From: Raillietiella orientalis
Taxonomy: Eukaryota
Direction of reading: 5' to 3'
Assembly: GCA_036172245.1 (NCBI GenBank)
Contig: JAYWIR010000054.1
Coordinates: 620,001 to 684,000, forward strand
Length of the DNA: 64,000 nucleotides
The notes beneath the pieces were generated by a model. It was given only the letters and a program-made list of their open reading frames with translations. It did not search any database and was not told where the DNA came from. A program made the position numbers and the translations under genes. This document shows, in pieces, positions 60,938 to 64,000 of the stretch (positions within the stretch are counted from its first letter, which is position 1; each line of letters starts with the position of its first letter).

Positions 60938-61799
60938 GAAGTCAAATTACTTTGACTTTTGTTGAAGACTGGTATTTTAAATAAAATAAATTTTACTTCG
61001 GAGGGTGGCCATAATGAGTGATCACTTGGTGGTATAGTGTTGAGCAGTCTTCGATTTGTGAGCCTTTGCTACTTAGATGTAGTAAGCAATAGAATTCACC
61101 CATCTTGGATGTAGACTCTAACCTTTTTCCTGTGCAGTGGTAGTTCCATTTGTGCTAATGGTATCATAGAACCTCACAGCATCGCTTTTTCCAAGGTTTC
61201 AGAATTTTCCTCTGTTGATTCAACAGATTACTTTACGCTTCAAGTTTCTGGATGGCTTTTGGGAACTGACATTTCCAGCTTTTTTTGTTTGTTTTTCGTT
61301 TGGTTTTAATTCCTAAAACGATGCGAAATCTGGGCTATTGAAATTGTCTTAAATTCCTAATGGTTAAAGATGCATGTGTGACCATGATTCATAGAATAAT
61401 TGAAGGAAGTTCTTACGCTCTCCTTACTTTCTTATATCGATGTTCCCTTTGCTTTTAAAAATCCAAGAAAACATTTCCTCTTGGTACCCGGATAAAAAAA
61501 CATTCCGCTTCCGAAACGGTTCTTGTTCTACACGTAAAAAAAAGCACAATACGCAGAAACCAGAAAAAAATTCCAGAAAATACTCTGGAGTCATTGGAGG
61601 GATCTCATCCAGCCGGGTAGATTTTTAAACACATGCCAGTACCTACCAATAACGAATGCATCGGCGAAAATGCCCGCGGCAAGGGCAAACGGCAGTACTG
61701 CACACCTCTAAAACGCGCTGCGGCGGTCTTTACTGACAGAAGCGTCAGACAGGAATGCTTTTCCTTACAGGAAAGGCTGCAAGCAACGTCGCTACAACT

Positions 61800-62780
61800 C
61801 ACCCCACTGTGGGGGTGCGGGTGGCCTCTGCGACGAGGGCAACCTCCACAGGAAGCAAGTACCGACAAATGGGTGCCCTAGGCGAGTGCTTCCAAAATGA
61901 CGTGTAATCGCGCGCGCGCGCGTGTCTTTGGTTGAGATGGCTGCCTTACGACTTCCAGTCCGCTCCCCACCCCAATGCAGGTGCGCGCCGCACGCTGTTC
62001 CTGCGACACCCCTCCGCTGCTTTCCGGAAGCTTTCGCCCAATTCTTCGAGCCGCGGTTCTCGGAGGTCTTGCACTAAGGTGCCCCAGCAGATCGTGTTTG
62101 CTCATGAAGATGAAAGATGCACGCGTGTTTTCTTACGGATACATCCGAAGATTGGATTTCGGGAACTGTTGGAAAGAAATGAGGATGCGGGGAGATTGTC
62201 AGGAAAGGTCCGACATGAACAAATCATCAGTTCTTCCTTCGTGCGTTATGGAATGCTTCCATCAGCGAGGCTCGATGAGTTCCTCGAAATGCGAATGCAA
62301 ACAAGTGAGGAAAATTCTCCATAGCAAAAGTGCTTGGCAATCTCTGTCTTTAACGTTTGAACCAAAACGATGATTACCAGGAAGGTAGTCTAAGAAAGAC
62401 TTCGAAAGTCGCGTGTGGTTAAGTTTTCCAGGAAAAAGCGCCTTGGATATTTGCATCTCAGGCAGCAATGCCAACACATTAGGACGGCTTTTGTAATCGA
62501 ATGAAGCAAAGAATCGGGGGTTGCACGTTACAACCCTTCCGATCTCATATGAACCTCCAGTGTTCGTCACTTCCAAGACCAAATCATGCCTGTTCGTCTG
62601 TCCTTGTGGCTCTTGAGTGCAGTCCAGTGTCTTTCTCCCAACTCAGTTCTATTTGAAGACTGCTCCTTTCTGAGAACACGGCGTTTCTGGGGAGCAGGGA
62701 GTTCGAAGTGAATTTTTCACCTTTGTTGGTTTGGGCGAAGGGAATTATTAGCATGCCTTTCTGGAGGTCAGGACAGTTAT
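61800..62780 (+). mobile_element. Possible decayed hAT transposase middle region
   Basis: VFLRIH..FRELL...LSGKVRHEQII (cf. IF+R...EELL..L.G.T.GxDI) and VWAKGII; weak. Confidence 0.33.
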
Positions 62781-62899
62781 CGACTCCCAGTTGACACACA
62801 ACCAATATTTTCTATTTTTTTTTTGTCCAAGAATACACTGATCTTAAAAAGTAACTAAACTGCTGTCAAAACGGAGGGGGACGGGGGGAGGGGGGGTTT

Positions 62900-64000
62900 G
62901 GTTTGACATTTGGGAATAATTGCAGTTGATCAAATTCGTGGCAAACGACCTTGGCAAAATTTTCAGATAAACAGTGGATCAGTTAAGATCATTCACACGA
63001 ACACGGAACATATGTAACACGATAAAAAGGCAAATAGAAAGAAGCACGTGTTCAGTTCTGTTCAGTTCATGTGTTCAGCACTGTCCAGCAGTGAAGCAAA
63101 GTGTACACGAGAAACTGTTGCATCAGAAGTGAAATGCAACGCTTCATAGAAATGCCTCTTCAATTATACATAAGACATGCAACCTATTAGATGTAAAGCG
63201 TCGAGGAGAATGAATGAAAAAAGTCTCATTCATTTCTTGAAGAATTTAAGACCCGACCCTCTGCTAAATGTTTCAATGTGGGAGCGTCAACAGGGGAGCA
63301 GTTGAGACCCCAAGAACCCATTTTCCTGTCAGATTACTCCAAAGGGAACTGGCAGCAGTATAAAACCAGCAAGAGCTCGCGGGCTGCAAAGACTGGGAAC
63401 GAAGGGCTGATGTGCCTGCCCCATTTTACGTGGAATAAGATGTGTAATTTCTCTGGACCTCCTTCACAAACCCAAAAACCCGAGCGCATCCTGAGAGGAC
63501 TGACGAAAGGTCTGCCTTTGTCTTTGCCGTTTGAGGGATAATAACCCCCTGCCTGTTCTTCGGAAGGAACGAAGCAGAATGCCACGAGGATTCGTGCAAA
63601 GAGACATGGAGGAAAAAAAAAACAAAAGAAAAAAGGTTGGTACTCCCCGTATAGCGCGCGGTCAAGCAGCCCCGTACAACGCTGTGTGGATAAATTTCAA
63701 TGTCTGCTGTACGGCGTAAGCTCACCTGCTTTTTTTTTTCTTTAAAAAAAAAAAAAAAAACAGAAACACACGATTCAAGTAGATCGTTGTGAATTTGCGT
63801 GAATGGGATGGCTCAAGAAGATACATTTTCAACAGCGAGAATGGAAGAGCGGAAGCTGCAGATGTGTCTGAATCTCAACAAAACACTCTGAAAACCTTTC
63901 TTCCTTTTTCAGTTTAAGCCACGTAGTAAGTAAGTATTTTTATTTTTTTTGGCTTTAGAGTGTGGCAATAAATGTCTGCTGCTATGGCGTTTAAGACATA
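62900..64000 (+). mobile_element. piggyBac-like transposase remnant, homologous to 48040-48450
   Basis: STGEQLRP...KGNWQQYKTSKSSRAAK (cf. IDEQLxPF.GR..FxQY+PSKPx+YG+K); nucleotide match to the 48-kb copy. Confidence 0.4.

Overview
Animal (invertebrate-like) genomic DNA with two compositional domains: a GC- and CpG-rich part (~1.3-31 kb) and an AT-rich part (~44-64 kb). Three host genes can be built exon by exon. (1) An 11-exon bestrophin on the minus strand (25839->5960, 658 aa) with one GC-AG intron. (2) A 13-exon ATG9 on the minus strand (54817->51760, 732 aa) with nine introns of only 34-55 nt. (3) A matrin/U1-type C2H2 zinc-finger gene on the plus strand from 57350, head-to-head with ATG9 and probably carrying an alternative last exon. 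Much of the remaining protein-like sequence, including the bestrophin introns, reads as decayed hAT (Buster/Charlie/SPIN-type) transposase, about 15 relics in both orientations. There is also one RTE-like LINE relic and some piggyBac-like relics. Two tandem arrays are present: 101-bp units inside a 225-bp inverted repeat, and 50-bp units inside a hAT relic. All transposon calls come from matching remembered consensus motifs by eye, and composition is estimated by eye; no alignment or computation was run. I found no clearly novel protein system. The best leads are the palindrome/CRE array, the apparent regional GC drift of homologous relics, the micro-introns and the zinc-finger isoform switch.
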